DNA from: Sminthopsis crassicaudata
Taxonomy: Eukaryota
DNA: 64,000 nucleotides
Assembly: GCF_048593235.1 (NCBI RefSeq)
Contig: NC_133620.1
Location: forward strand, 477,865,886-477,929,885
Direction: 5' to 3'
How positions within the stretch are numbered: position 1 is the stretch's first letter; each line of letters begins with the position of its first letter. The position numbers were made by a program, and so were the translations under genes. The notes beneath the pieces are model-generated. The model had not been told where the DNA came from. It searched no databases and saw nothing but the letters and a program-made list of their open reading frames with translations. This document shows positions 24,155-36,079 of this stretch, in pieces.

Positions 24155-24284
24155 GGGGGCAGCTAGGTGGCACAGTGGATAGAGCCCCAGCCTTGAAGTC
24201 AGGAGGACCCGAGTTCAAATCTGATCTCAGATACCTAACACTTCCTAGCTGTGTGACCCTGAGTGAGTCACTTAACCCCAGCCT

Positions 24285-24317
<33 letters not shown>
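24155..24317 (+). mobile_element. Short tRNA-derived CORE-SINE with long poly(A), inside an old L1
   Basis: gggggcagctaggtggcacagtggatagagc head, B-box-like gagttcaaat, A-tail of about 30 nt, imperfect TSD gaaaatt(t/a)tatctttt. Confidence 0.9.
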
Positions 24318-24319
<2 letters not shown>

Positions 24320-24364
24320 AAATTATATCTTTTGACCATTTATTGGGGAATGGATGTTAGTCTT

Positions 24365-24398
24365 TTATATACATACATATATACTATACATACATACA

Positions 24399-24468
<70 letters not shown>
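24365..24468. repeat. (TACA)/(CA)n/(TA)n compound microsatellite
   Basis: Visible dinucleotide runs. Confidence 0.95.
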
Positions 24469-24694
24469 ATTTGTTTATATATCTTGGATACCAAACCCTT
24501 ATCAGAAAAATATGATATTTTTCCATTCAACTACTTCCTTCTTCTCTTAGACACATTAATGTTGTCTGTGCAAACACTTCTTAGTCCCAAGTAATGAAAA
24601 TGACCCATTTTATCTTTTGTTTGGCTAAGGATGCATCTCTTATTCGTACCTGTGGGAGATATGTAATCTATTTCTCTTCAGTTTGCCTATTTAC

Positions 24695-24932
24695 ATTTTT
24701 TGATATTCAATCAGATCTTATTCTTTGGGACTTCATTGGAGGTTTTCTGGGCAAACATCCTTCATTCTCCAGCTCAATTTGCAGATGAGAAAACGGAGGT
24801 AAATAGGGTAAAGTGCCCTGCCCAGGGTCACACATTTGGTGAGTGTCTGAGGTTGGATTTGAACTCAAGGAGAGGAGTCTTCTTGCCTCTAGGCCTGGCA
24901 TTCCGTGCAGTACGGTGCCACCTAGCTGCCCA
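24695..24932 (-). mobile_element. Mar1/MIR-like CORE-SINE
   Basis: cagatgagaaaacggagg...tgcccagggtcacac...ggatttgaactc...ccacctagctgccc. Confidence 0.75.
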
Positions 24933-26379
24933 ATTCGCTGATAGTATGATCTTTAATATTGAAGTTGCATATCCATTTAGGATGTGTGGGGGATGTGTGG
25001 TAAGTGGTGGTCTAAACCTAATTTCCACCAGACTGTTTTCCAGTCTTCCTAGCAGTTTGCATTGAGTAAAGAGTTTTTCCCTCAGCATTTATATTTTCTA
25101 CTTCATCAACAATTATTGGGTTACTGAGTTCTACTGTTTCTGGTTCTCCGTTGCCTAGTCTGATTTGTTGATTTATTTCTCTGTTCTTTAACCAACACTA
25201 AATGGTTCTGATGACTGCTGCTGGAAAATGTGATTGGAGGTCTGGGCCACACGTGCTTCTAAAGCTGTCCTTCCACCAAAAGGCATCAGAAGAGTGAGAT
25301 TCCTATAGTCCCCCAAATGCAGCTTTTGTAAGGACAAGGGGAGGCAGAGATAGAGTGGTCTCTGAAGTGGGCTCTGGGCTTTGTACCCAAGCCTGGAGCA
25401 AACTCCTGAGAAGAGTAGTGAGAAGACAGGACCTCTTGTGGGCACCAGGCAGAAGTGGAGGGTAAAGGCCCATCTCCCCAGGTGCGGCTGACTGGCCAGG
25501 CCAGTCTACGGAGCTGTGACTTTATCCCGTGAGGAAAGGACGGGGAAAAGACCCGGATGCACAGCCTGACCCGGGAGCGAGGGGCTCTGCCTGGCCTGCC
25601 AGTTGTGATCTGACAGCTGGAGAGGAGAGTGCCTGGAGAGAAGCCTCCTCCTGCTACTCCCCCAGTGTCTGTGCCCAGGGAACAAGAGGGCCACAAGCAC
25701 ATGCATGTTTGTCAGGGCGGGCCACAGGGGAGGCACTGGAGATGGGGGGTGGGGGAAACCCTCCTTCATTCCCCTTCCTCATGGTGACCTCCTTGTCTCA
25801 CTGGGAACTGCCTGATGCCAGAGGGAGGGCTGGTACCCCAAGGGAACTGAGAGCCTGGCACAATGTCCTGTGCCACTGGAAGCCCTGGGAAAGTGCTGGA
25901 AATGGAGGGTTACATGAGATGTACAGGGAGAAGCTGGCAGCGAGAGTCTGGGGGCCGAAGAGTCTGGATAAAAGTGCAGAGGGGTTAGAAGCACCCCACC
26001 TGATTCACATTGTGATAACTTAGGAGCCTTGCGCCCTCCCCGGCCCCAGCACAGAGATCAAGCACAGGTAACCTGACTTGGGCCCGTGACCAGCAGGCTT
26101 GGGGATTGAGTCCTAGAGGAGCAGGCGCTTGTCTCTGTGGAGGGAAGGGTCTCTGGAGGACCACCCTGGGGCAATGATCACGTAAAGTATCTCTAGCGAT
26201 CTGGCTCTCTTTTCTCATCTGAAAAGTGAAAGAATTAGACTTGCTGGTTTCTAAGGTTCCCTTCTAACTCTAGGTGTGGAGTCCCATGATCCCCGTGTCA
26301 GGAAACACCGCAACAGGCTATTAAGATGCTAGGAGAGGATGTAAGGAAAGCATCTGCTGTGTTTGTTGCTGTGGCATCC

Positions 26380-26383
<4 letters not shown>

Positions 26384-26434
<51 letters not shown>
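26384..26434. repeat. (CA)n about 25 units immediately upstream of the TATA box of KRTAP12-like D
   Basis: Visible; TATA at 26452-26458. Confidence 0.95.
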
Positions 26435-26438
<4 letters not shown>

Positions 26439-26542
26439 CTCTGCCAAGGAGTATAAAAGCCTTGGGCAGAGGGGAAGGAGCACTCCAAACCCATCCCTCC
26501 TCCTCTGCTCCTCTCCTGAAAATCCTCCCCACCCCACGCACC

Positions 26543-27007
26543 ATGTGCCACACCAGCTGCTCCACTGGCTGCCAGCCCACCTGCTCCGTGCCCGTGTGCT
26601 GCAAGCCCATCTGCTGCGTCCGTCCTTGCTGCCGCCCAGCCTGTGTGACCCTGCTGTGCCGCCCAGCATGCCCTGTGGTGACCGGCTGCCAGGCGGTCTG
26701 TGGAGCTGGCAGCTGCTCCCCGTCCTGCTGTGTGTCCAGCCCCTGCCAGTCCAGCTGCTGCCAGGCTAGCCCCTCTTGCTGTGTGTCCAGCCCCTGCCAG
26801 TCCAGCTGCTGCCAGACTAGTCCCTGCAGCCCCTCTTGCTGTGTGTCCAGCCCCTGCCAATCTGCCTGCTGTGTGCCAGTCTGCTGCAAACCCGCCGTGT
26901 GTGTGCCCCTGTGCTGCAAGCCTGTGGTCTGCCAGACCTCTTGCTGCCAGCCAGTCTCCTGCACCTCCCTAGTCTGTGGACCCTCCTGTGCCCCCTCCTG
27001 CTGCTAA
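26543..27007 (+). CDS. KRTAP12-like: KRTAP12-like (copy D, 154 aa)
   Basis: MCHTSC start, TATA box, AATAAA at 27468-27473. Confidence 0.93.
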   Translation: MCHTSCSTGCQPTCSVPVCCKPICCVRPCCRPACVTLLCRPACPVVTGCQAVCGAGSCSPSCCVSSPCQSSCCQASPSCCVSSPCQSSCCQTSPCSPSCCVSSPCQSACCVPVCCKPAVCVPLCCKPVVCQTSCCQPVSCTSLVCGPSCAPSCC

Positions 27008-27542
27008 GCGAGTCTTTGAAGGATTACTGTAGGCCCAGCTTAGTTGGCCCATTGGAGAAGTCTTTCCTGCTTCTATCCAATCCCTGGTGAGGAGGAGACA
27101 GTTTTCCCGGAAAGAGCCTCTCTGAAACCTCCAGCTCCAGGAAAGATCTTTGGCTTGGAGTTCAAGAACTGAACTGGCTTTGACTGGAAGAATTGGCTTT
27201 GACTCTCCCACTGGGCGACCCATCAAGTCATGCCTCTGCTTCAGTTTTCACGTGATTTATAATGAAGCAACATAGGATTCCATAGATAGGAAACTGCCAA
27301 GCTGAAAGTGCTGTCAGTGCCAAGGGGAAGAGAGCCAGCTGTTCCTGACTGGTTTTAGGCCCCCAGGAGACTAGGAGTTATGAACCTTTTCATATCTCCC
27401 TGTGGACATCTCCCACAGTTAAGGAAGCTACTCTTTATTGCACTGATTTACTCCTACTAAACAACTTAATAAATCCATCGGATCTTCCATATATGTTCAT
27501 GTTTCCTCTTTCATTGAGTGGCTTGTCAAAACCCCAATTCCC

Positions 27543-27691
27543 GGGGCAATCAGATGGCCCAGTGGCTACAGCACCAGCCCTGAAGTCAGGAGGACTTCAG
27601 CTCAAATTCAGCCTCAGACTTTTAACTCTTCCTAGCTGTGTGACCCTGGGCAAGTCACTTAACCCCAATTGCCTTGCCAAAAATAAAAATA
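27543..27691 (+). mobile_element. Short CORE-SINE
   Basis: cagccctgaagtcaggagg...ctagctgtgtgaccctgggcaagtcacttaacccc with an A-rich tail. Confidence 0.8.
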
Positions 27692-28246
27692 AAACGTCCA
27701 ATTGCTTCAGGAGACTGAGGACAAGTGTAATTCTGTCCAATTCTGTTCAACCGCACCAATATCAACTCAGTTCCTTCTATTATCCTTGTGTTAGGGCCAC
27801 CTGGAGAGCGGTGGAGGGAGAGAGGAAGCCTGGAGAGCTGACTTGCATGGAGCAGAGTGGGGGGGGGGGGGCGCCTGCTCAGGAGTTCTAAGAGAAAAGA
27901 GAAGGATCTCTAAACGCCATTGCTTCGGAAGTGGGAGGGGCTCAAGGGAAAGGAAAGAGAAACCCGGGAGGGACAAAATGCTGGCGGTCAAGTCAGAGAG
28001 GAAACAGTGGGGGAGTGACTCTGTTCTGAAAATGCAAATAGCATTTGGAACTGTTTTAGGGGATGTCCACAGGGCAATGGAAAGAAGCCTGGAGAGGATC
28101 TTCTGGCAGTGCGTGGATTGGAATAGTGAGAGGAAAGGGTAGACTCCACAGGGTTGTGAAGATACATTTCCCCCCCTTCTTCCCCCACCCCCGCCCTCAT
28201 GTGCTGTGATGAATGCTCTACTCTACTGGCATCCGGAATATCAGAA

Positions 28247-28468
28247 TGTTGTTGCTGTTGTTACTGCTGCTGTCACTGTTACTGTTGCTGCTGCTACTGC
28301 TGCTATTGCTACTGTCACTGTTCCTGCTGCTACTGTCATTGTTACTGCTGCTGCTGCTCCTACTTTCATTGCTGCTGTTACTGTTGCTGCTGTTACTGTT
28401 CCTGCTGCTACTGTCATTGTTACTGCTGCTGCTGCTCCTACTTTCATTGCTGCTGTTACTGTTGCTAC
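28247..28468. repeat. Degenerate (CTG/TTG/CTA) triplet tract with a 78-bp internal duplication
   Basis: The duplicated segment starts at 28317 and again at 28395. Confidence 0.9.
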
Positions 28469-28510
28469 TAACCCTAACCCTAAAGCCTAACTCTAACTCA
28501 AACCCTGACT
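28468..28510. repeat. Short telomere-like (CCCTAA)n degenerate tract
   Basis: ctaaccctaaccctaaagcctaactctaactcaaaccctga. Confidence 0.55.
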
Positions 28511-28633
28511 GTAAAAGCACACTGCTATCTAGCAGCAGTATAGGAGCTATTCCACGCATCATTTTGAGAATTCACAGGTTTATAAGAGTCCGGGGCAGAT
28601 CTAGACAGATACGGATGCAGAAAAGCCATTTTC

Positions 28634-29322
28634 TTTTTATTTATTTAATTGTTTATTCATTCATTCATTCATTCATTCATTCATTCATTCATTTATTTAT
28701 CTGTTTATTTGTTTATTTATTTATTTTATAATATTATCCCTTGTATTCATTTTTCCAAATTATCCCCTCCCTCCCTCCACTCCCTCCCCCCCCCCCCCAT
28801 GGCAGGCAATCCCATACATTTTACATGTGTTACAATATAACCTAGATACAATGTATGTGTGTAAATACCATTTTCTTGTTGTACAATAAGCATTAGATTC
28901 TGAAGGTACATGTAACCTGGACAGACAGATATAAGTGCTAACAATTTACATTCCCCTCCCAGTGTTTCTTCTCTGGGTGTAGCTACCTCTGACCATCATT
29001 GATCAACTGGAAGTGAGTTGGATCTTCTCTTTGTTGAAGATTTCCACTTCCATCAGAATACATCCTCATACAGTATTGTTGTTGAAGCATGCAGTGATCT
29101 TCTGGTTCTGCTCATTTCACTCAGCAACAGTTGATGTAAGTCTCTCCAGGCCTCTCTGTATTCCTCCTGCTGGTCATTTCTTACAGAGCAATAATATTCC
29201 ATAACCTTCATATACCACAATTTACCCAACCATTCTCCAACTGATGGACATCCCATTCAACTTCCAGTTTCTAGCCACAACAAAAAGAGCTGCCACAAAC
29301 ATTTTGGCACATACAGGTCCCT
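28634..29322 (-). mobile_element. 5'-truncated L1 with (ATTC)/(ATTT) tail and 16-bp TSD (1 mismatch)
   Basis: TSD cagaaa(a/g)gccattttc at 28618-28633 and 29323-29338; ORF2 C-terminus GEWLGKLWYMKVMEYY...LYEDVF. Confidence 0.9.
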
Positions 29323-30254
29323 CAGAAAGGCCATTTTCAAACGTAGAAGTTTCAAGGATTAGAACTCCAAGCAGTGGAGAAGAGAGCCCCCTGTGGAATG
29401 CGACAATGTCAGTGTAGGGAGGGGGGTCTGTGAAGAGAATTTTGAGGCGCTACAGTATCAGGAGTTGGAATCTGCCTTGATCTACTCTTCCTATCAATGC
29501 TATACAGGTTTGAGAGACGTTTGTGTCACCAGAGTTACAGGGTTTGAGGGGACAGAATGTGCTGTAGTTGCTGTTTTTTTTCAATGTCATCACAACAAAT
29601 ATCTTTGCTAAGAGCTAATGATATCTCCTGGCTGATAGTTGATGGGTGTTCACAATGTGATAATCCTAGGATTATCAGCCCTCTCTGTGCAAGAGTTCAA
29701 GGGCTAGTGGAAGCAGAGCAGGCGATACACAGTGGGTGATGACTTGGAACTCAAGTTCTAGTAAGTTGAAGAGTTATTTTTCTAGATTCTCAGGCTCATA
29801 ACTATAGTGTCTCCTCACTCCCCTCACACCCCTAGTCTCCAATGAATGCTTCTAAACACATTCTTCTTACCGTACCTCCCTGCTTCTCAGAGCCTTATGA
29901 ATCTAGCTAGAAATATTTAGTGTCTCTGTATTAAGGCGCCTTGCCTAGATGTTCTCACCATTCTCCATTCTCCCAAAGCTCTCAGCATGTGCCCACTATC
30001 TGTTCAGTCCCGGGGCTTAGCAGCTTGTTTATGTAAGCCACTGCAGCCTTTCCTGATACGGCCCTTCTCAGCACCAAAGGGAGGGTTTCAATATCTCTTC
30101 TGCTCTCCCAAGGAACAACAACAACAACAAAAGTGACCGAGAAAAGACTGTTAGATTTGGTATCCTTGAGGACAGAAGTCTCTCTAATTTGATAGGTGAG
30201 AAGCCAGACGAAGCCAGACTACAAGGGGTTGCCAAGTCAAGAAGCATGTGAGTG

Positions 30255-30490
30255 CTTCTGGGCCGAGCGGTACAAGGCCTAGAGTCGGGAAAACTTGAGT
30301 TAAAATGTGGCCTCAGACACTCACTAGCTGTGAGACCCTGGGTGAGTCACTGACTCCTAGTTGCCTCAGTTTCCTCATCTGAAAAATGAGCTGGAGATGG
30401 AAATGGCCAACTACCCCAGTGTCTTTGCCAAGAAAGCTCCAAATATTATCATGCTGCTACTGTTAGAGACAGAAATGAACTGACTGACTC
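30255..30490 (+). mobile_element. Mar1/MIR-like CORE-SINE
   Basis: ctagctgtgagaccctgggtgagtcact...gcctcagtttcctcatctgaaaaatgagctggag...gtctttgccaagaaa. Confidence 0.75.
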
Positions 30491-30574
30491 CCAACACACA
30501 TATAAACACACACATACTCTTGCACCTATATATTCTCACCTATACTCATACTCTCCCACATATAATCACTTATG

Positions 30575-30605
<31 letters not shown>

Positions 30606-31030
30606 ATATCCTCACATACATATATACATTCACACTCTTACACATGTACTTATAATCTTACAATACATACACATATACACATACTCTATTGCACACACAT
30701 AAAACCCCCACACTCACACTCTTACATACATGTAGACTCACACACTCATACCCTCACAATATTTATATATATATAAAATATATTTATAGATTTACATTAT
30801 ATATATATATACACTGTCACAACACATTCAGACACTCACACTTTTACACATACACACACTCATGCACACTCATACTCTTACACATACACCCATCCACACT
30901 CTCACACACTTGCACACACATCCACATAGTCCCACTTAGACAAACATACACACATTCATACTCTCACATACATACACACATATACACACACTTGCACATA
31001 GACTCAGTCTAACACACATGTATGTATGTG
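30490..31030. repeat. CA/TA-rich low-complexity tract
   Basis: About 540 bp of degenerate (CA)/(TA) repeats. Confidence 0.9.
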
Positions 31031-31754
31031 CATAGCAATCATTCTCGTGACGATTTTGCAGAAATGGCTAATCAGAACGCGAGAGGACAGTGTTCCACGT
31101 TTTCTTAGGCGTCTTTTGGCAGCGCTCATATCTGGGATTACTTCCAGAACTTTCAGTTCCCTCACTTTTCTCCATCTCTGGAGGACGGATCCCTTTCCTC
31201 CCTCCAAGATTGTGGGAATTCCTGAATGTTTGCTTGGTCTAGGCTGGTTACCGGCCATAGTTTTTGCGTCCGTTGGTGGCTCTTCTCTTTCTTCCTTCAG
31301 CTCACTGGGGACTGGGAGGTGAGAGTCTGGATGCAGAGGCGCCACCGTCGTGGGTAGAAAGATGTTTCTGATCCATGTCGGCAGATTCTTTCCATTTTCA
31401 TCTGTTGCGTTGTTCCTATTTCTCCCTGAGATTCCTCAGGGGGAGATGGCTCCTTGGGTTTCTCACGAGGCTTTTTGGAAATCTGATTTTTGCTCCCCTG
31501 ATTCTGGCCTTTCTATGAGATGGTGCTGCATTGCTTGTTTCACTACTTCCTGAAGGAAACTACTGAAAAACATTAGCTCACATTTGGGGGTTTATGAGGA
31601 GAGGCATTCAAATGTTGGGGGGGAGCTACGGATTTGTCTTCAATGAGAACTCTGCAGAGCAGGCAGCTATGGCTCAGGGGAAAGCCACCTCAGCTTTCCT
31701 GTCTGTGAAATGGGAAGGTTGCTGACTCTGCGATCTCTTCCATTTCTGAATCTT

Positions 31755-33798
31755 TTTTTTTTTTTAATTTTTTATTATATATATATTTTTATAATATTAT
31801 CCCTTATATTCATTTTTCCAAATTATCCCCCCTTCCCTCTATTCCCTCCCCCCGATGACAGGCAATCCCATACATTTTACATGTGTTACAATATAGTCTA
31901 GGTACAATACATGTGTGTGAATATCACTTTCTTGTTGCACAATAAACATTAGAATCCGAAGGTACATGCAACCTGGGCAGACAGATATTAGTGTTAACAA
32001 TTTACATTCCCCTCCCAGTGTTTCTTCTCTGGGTGTAGCTACCTCTGTCCATCATTGATCAACTGGAAGTGAGTTGGATCTTCTTTATGTTGAAGATTTC
32101 CACTTCCATCAGAATACATCCTCATACAGTATTGTTGTTGAAGTGTACAGCGATCTTCTGGTTCTGCTCATTTCACTCAGCATCAGTTGATGTAAGTCTC
32201 TCCAGGCCTCTCTATATTCCTCCTGCTGGTTATTTCTTACAGAGCAATAATATTCCATAACCTTCATATACCACAATTTACCCAACCATTCTCCAACTGA
32301 TGGACATCCATTCATCTTCCAGTTTCTAGCTACAACAAAAAGAGCTGCCACAAACATTTTGGCACATATATGTCTCTTTCCGCTCTTTAGTATTTCTTTG
32401 GGATATAATCCCAGTAGTAGCGCTGCTGGGTCAAAGGGTATGCACAGTTTGATAACTTTTTGGGCATAATTCCAGATTGCTCTCCAGAATGGCTGGATTC
32501 TTTCACAACTCCACCAGCAATGTATTAGTGTCCCAGTTTTCCCACATCCCTCCAACATTTGTCATTATTTGTTCCTGTCATCTTAGCCAATCTGACAGGT
32601 GTGTAGTGGTATCTCAGAGTGGTCTTAATTTGCATTTCTCTGATCAGTAGTGATTTGGAACACTCTTTCATGTGAGTGGATATAGTTTCAATTTCTTCCT
32701 CTGAGAATTGTCTGTTCATATCCTTTGACCATTTATCAATTGGAGAATGGTTCGGTTTCTTATAAATCATGGTCAGTTCTCTATATATTTTGGAAATGAG
32801 ACCTTTGTCGGAACCTTTGTTTTTAAAAATATTTTCCCAATCTGTTACTTCCCTTCTAATCTTGTTTGCATGAGTATTATTTGTACAGAAACTTTTTAGT
32901 TTGATGTAATCAAAATCTTCTATTTTGTGATCAATAATGATCTCTAGTTCTCATAAATTCCTTCCTCCTCCACAAGTCTGAGAGGTAGACTATCCTATGT
33001 TCCTCTAATCTATTTATTATCTCCCTCTTTATGCCTAAATCATGGATCCATTTTGATCTTATCTTGGTATATGGTGTTAAGTGTGGATCCATATCTAATT
33101 TCTGCCATACTAATTTCCAGTTTTCCCAACAGTTTTTTCCGAATAATGAATTTTTATCCCTAATGTTGGAATCTTTGGGTTTGTCAAAGATTAGATTGCT
33201 ATAGATGTACCCTTTTTTGTCCTTTGTATCTAATCTGTTCCACTGATCTACCGGTCTATTTCTTAGCCAATATCAAATGGTTTTGGTGACTGCTGCTATA
33301 TAATATAGCTTTAGATCAGGTACACTTAGACCACCTTCCTCTGAGTTTTTTTTTTTCATTAGTTCCCTTGCAATTCTCGACCTTTTATTCTTCCATATGA
33401 ATTTTGTTGTTATTTTTTCTAGGTCATTGAAATAGTTTCTTGGGAGTCTGATTGGTATAGCACTAAATAAATAGATTAGTTTGGGGAGTATTGTCATCTT
33501 TATTATATTCTCTCGGCCTATCCAAGAGCACTGAATGTCTTTCCAATTATTTAAATCTGATTTTATTTTTGTGGCAAGTGTTTTGTAATTTTTCTCATAT
33601 AATTCCTGACTTTTCTTTGGTAGATGGATTCCCAAATATTTTATACTCTCAACATTTGTTTGGAATGGAATTTCTCTTTGTATCTCTTGTTGTTGCATTT
33701 TGTTAGTGATATATAAAAATGCCGAGGATTTATGTGGATTTATTTTGTATCCTGCCACTTTGCTGAAATTTTGAATTTTTGAATTTTTGAATTATTTC
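31755..33798 (-). mobile_element. 5'-truncated L1 (about 2 kb) with 15-bp TSD
   Basis: TSD ccatttctgaatctt at 31740-31754 and 33799-33813. ORF2 fragments ([27 protein letters not shown]) with frameshifts. Short tttgaatt repeats at the 5' junction. Confidence 0.93.
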
Positions 33799-34497
33799 CC
33801 ATTTCTGAATCTTAAATGACAGAAGCAGTGGAGTGAACGGACCACAACATCCTGCTGGCAATTCTCATGAAAGGCACAGAAAGAGAACTAGAACATAGAT
33901 TCCTGGAGAGGGAGGTGGGATTTCAGATTATTCATTTTCAGTCTTACTCGGAGACAAAGTCAATAAATCAGTTGAGGTCAATGAGAGCTAAGCAGTGGGT
34001 CAGCCACAAGAAACTGGGGGTCAGCAGCATCTCCCTCCCATCACCACCGGTGTGACAGAAGCAGTGCATCTGAGTAAGCGGCGCTTGAGTCTGAGCGGGC
34101 AGCGCTTCACTGGCTATTGTTCCTATCCGACGCGAGACACCCAAGGAGCAAAAAGGAGCCGAGGACTCAGTTTGTCTGGGACGGATTCCAGGTCTTTATT
34201 GGGCTGCTGCCGGTGCCCAGATTCCCATTACAAGGGAGCAAGGGCCCACTGAACAGACTGTTCCTCCATCAGAGAGGGGAGCTGGCCATCATGTAGGCAA
34301 TGAAGGGAGACAGAGGCTTCGCATACAGGGATCTCTTTGCCCTGAGCTCCAGGGAGGCCACCAATCCTCTAAGGTCCCTTTAAGGTACTTGCTTTGGTTG
34401 CCCAGAGAGGGCTTGCTTCAGTGGAGTGGAAAGTCAAGCAGTGGGCACCTCTTCCAGGCTAATTTAACTAGGAGTGGATGTCATGGAGGACCCTTCC

Positions 34498-34974
34498 TTA
34501 GCAGCAGGAGGGGGAACAGGAGGGTCCACAGACTAAGGGGGTGCAGGAACTTGGCTGGCAGTAGGAGGTCTGGCAGGAGGTGGTGACACAGGCTACAGGC
34601 TTGCAGCATACAGGCACACAGACAACAGGTTTGCAGCAGACAGGTATGCAGCAGGTGGACTGGCAGGGACCAGCCTGGCAGCAGCTGGACTGGCAGGGGC
34701 TGGACACACAGCAGCTGGACTGGCAGGGGCTGGACACACAGCAGTCAGGGCTGCAGGGACTAGCCTGGCAGCAGCTGGACTGGCAGGGGCTGGACACACA
34801 GCAGGAAGGGGAGCAGCTGCCAGCCTGGCAGCCGGTCACCACAGGGCACGCTGGGCGGCACAGCAGGGTCACACAGGCCGGGCGGCAGCAAGGACGGATG
34901 CAGCAGACGGGCTTGCAGCACACGGGCACGGAGCAGGTGGGCTGGCAGCCAGTGGAGCAGCTGGTGTGGCACAT
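34498..34974 (-). CDS. KRTAP12-like: KRTAP12-like (copy E, 158 aa)
   Basis: MCHTSC start; TATA at 35060-35066; AATAAA at 34195-34200. Confidence 0.93.
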   Translation of the reverse strand: MCHTSCSTGCQPTCSVPVCCKPVCCIRPCCRPACVTLLCRPACPVVTGCQAGSCSPSCCVSSPCQSSCCQASPCSPDCCVSSPCQSSCCVSSPCQSSCCQAGPCQSTCCIPVCCKPVVCVPVCCKPVACVTTSCQTSYCQPSSCTPLVCGPSCSPSCC

Positions 34975-35076
34975 GGTGGGTGGGGTGGGGGGGATTTTTT
35001 AGGAGAGGAGCAGAGGAGGAGGGATGGGTTTGAAGTGCTCCTTCTCCTCTGCCCAAGGCTTTTATACCCCTTTGCA

Positions 35077-35079
<3 letters not shown>

Positions 35080-35127
<48 letters not shown>
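35080..35127. repeat. (TG)n immediately upstream of the TATA box of KRTAP12-like E
   Basis: Visible. Confidence 0.95.
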
Positions 35128-35129
<2 letters not shown>

Positions 35130-35471
35130 TGTACCTGTACCATAACAAATAGAAGCTGTTTCTTTCCTGTTGCTCTTCCCACCCTTCCCCCTCCCAGGTT
35201 ATTAACCTCCTGAATAGATCCTTGTCCAGTGTTTCATCAGATTGTGTTCCCTGTAATTTGGGTCTCCTCAGGGGTCACTGTTGTCTTTCTTTAATTATGT
35301 CTACATATTGATTCCTCCTTCTTCCTTCAAAGCCAAACCCAGAGCTCCTGGGTGAGTCCTCAAAGCAGGAAGGCCTCCCCTTTCTGGTGTCATGGGGTTT
35401 TCTTCATTTCTCTAAGATCGTCCAGACCCAAATATTTACTAAAAATGTATCCAGTAGCAAGGGGCATGGGA

Positions 35472-36079
35472 TGTGACCTCTTCCTATTAAGTCATAGGGA
35501 GGTTTCAGAACTTCTGAGTGGGTGGAATTGATGAGCACTAGATGAGGGGTGCCTAAATGAAATTAGATTTAACTGAGGTCTAGTGGCAGGTTGGGGCACA
35601 GGGAGTCACATGGAGCTCCCCTGCAACCCCTTTGGATTTGGCACAAGGTTAAATGAGGTCTAGTAGCAGCGCAAGAGTCCTCTGTAAAGGAATTTACAGA
35701 CCCAAAAACCTAGATTGATAAAAGAGGCTTATTATGGGATTTGGAAGTAAGGTTAAAAGGTGGGAAGACACCAGAGCCGGGGTTGGTTCTGGTGGGCAGA
35801 AATCCTTGACATGACCGGCGTAAGGATGTCACGTATGGGACTTCTGCAGAGAGTGGACTCCAGTTTGGCCCTTTTTATAATAGGGGACTTTGGATAATCT
35901 GAAGGGGCTCATGGGTACAGTCCCAGGTAGGCTTCTGGCTTGAGTTCCAGCCAGGGTTAGAATTTGAAGAGAATTCAATGGGTTTTTAGATAAGGAGGAA
36001 ACTATTCGTGCTTGGGGTGGGGTCCCTTCCCTGAGGCGGAGTCCAAGGAGATTTTAAGAGTTCTGGGGTTTCTTCATCA
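35472..36079 (-). mobile_element. Probable ERV solo LTR
   Basis: TG...CA ends; minus-strand TATA (ttttata near 35875). Core tgtaaaggaatttacagacccaaaaacctagattga...atttggaagtaa is shared with 37745-37820. No TSD found. Confidence 0.55.

Noticed and set aside
1777-27691. tRNA genes suggested by A/B-box-like motifs
   Set aside because: These are tRNA-derived SINE heads with CORE bodies and poly(A) tails.
28213-28731. Poly-Leu ORF and the antisense poly-Ser/Asn ORF
   Set aside because: Other frames of the same triplet repeat, running into an L1 tail.
30520-31012. His/Thr-rich ORFs
   Set aside because: Translations of CA-rich low-complexity DNA.
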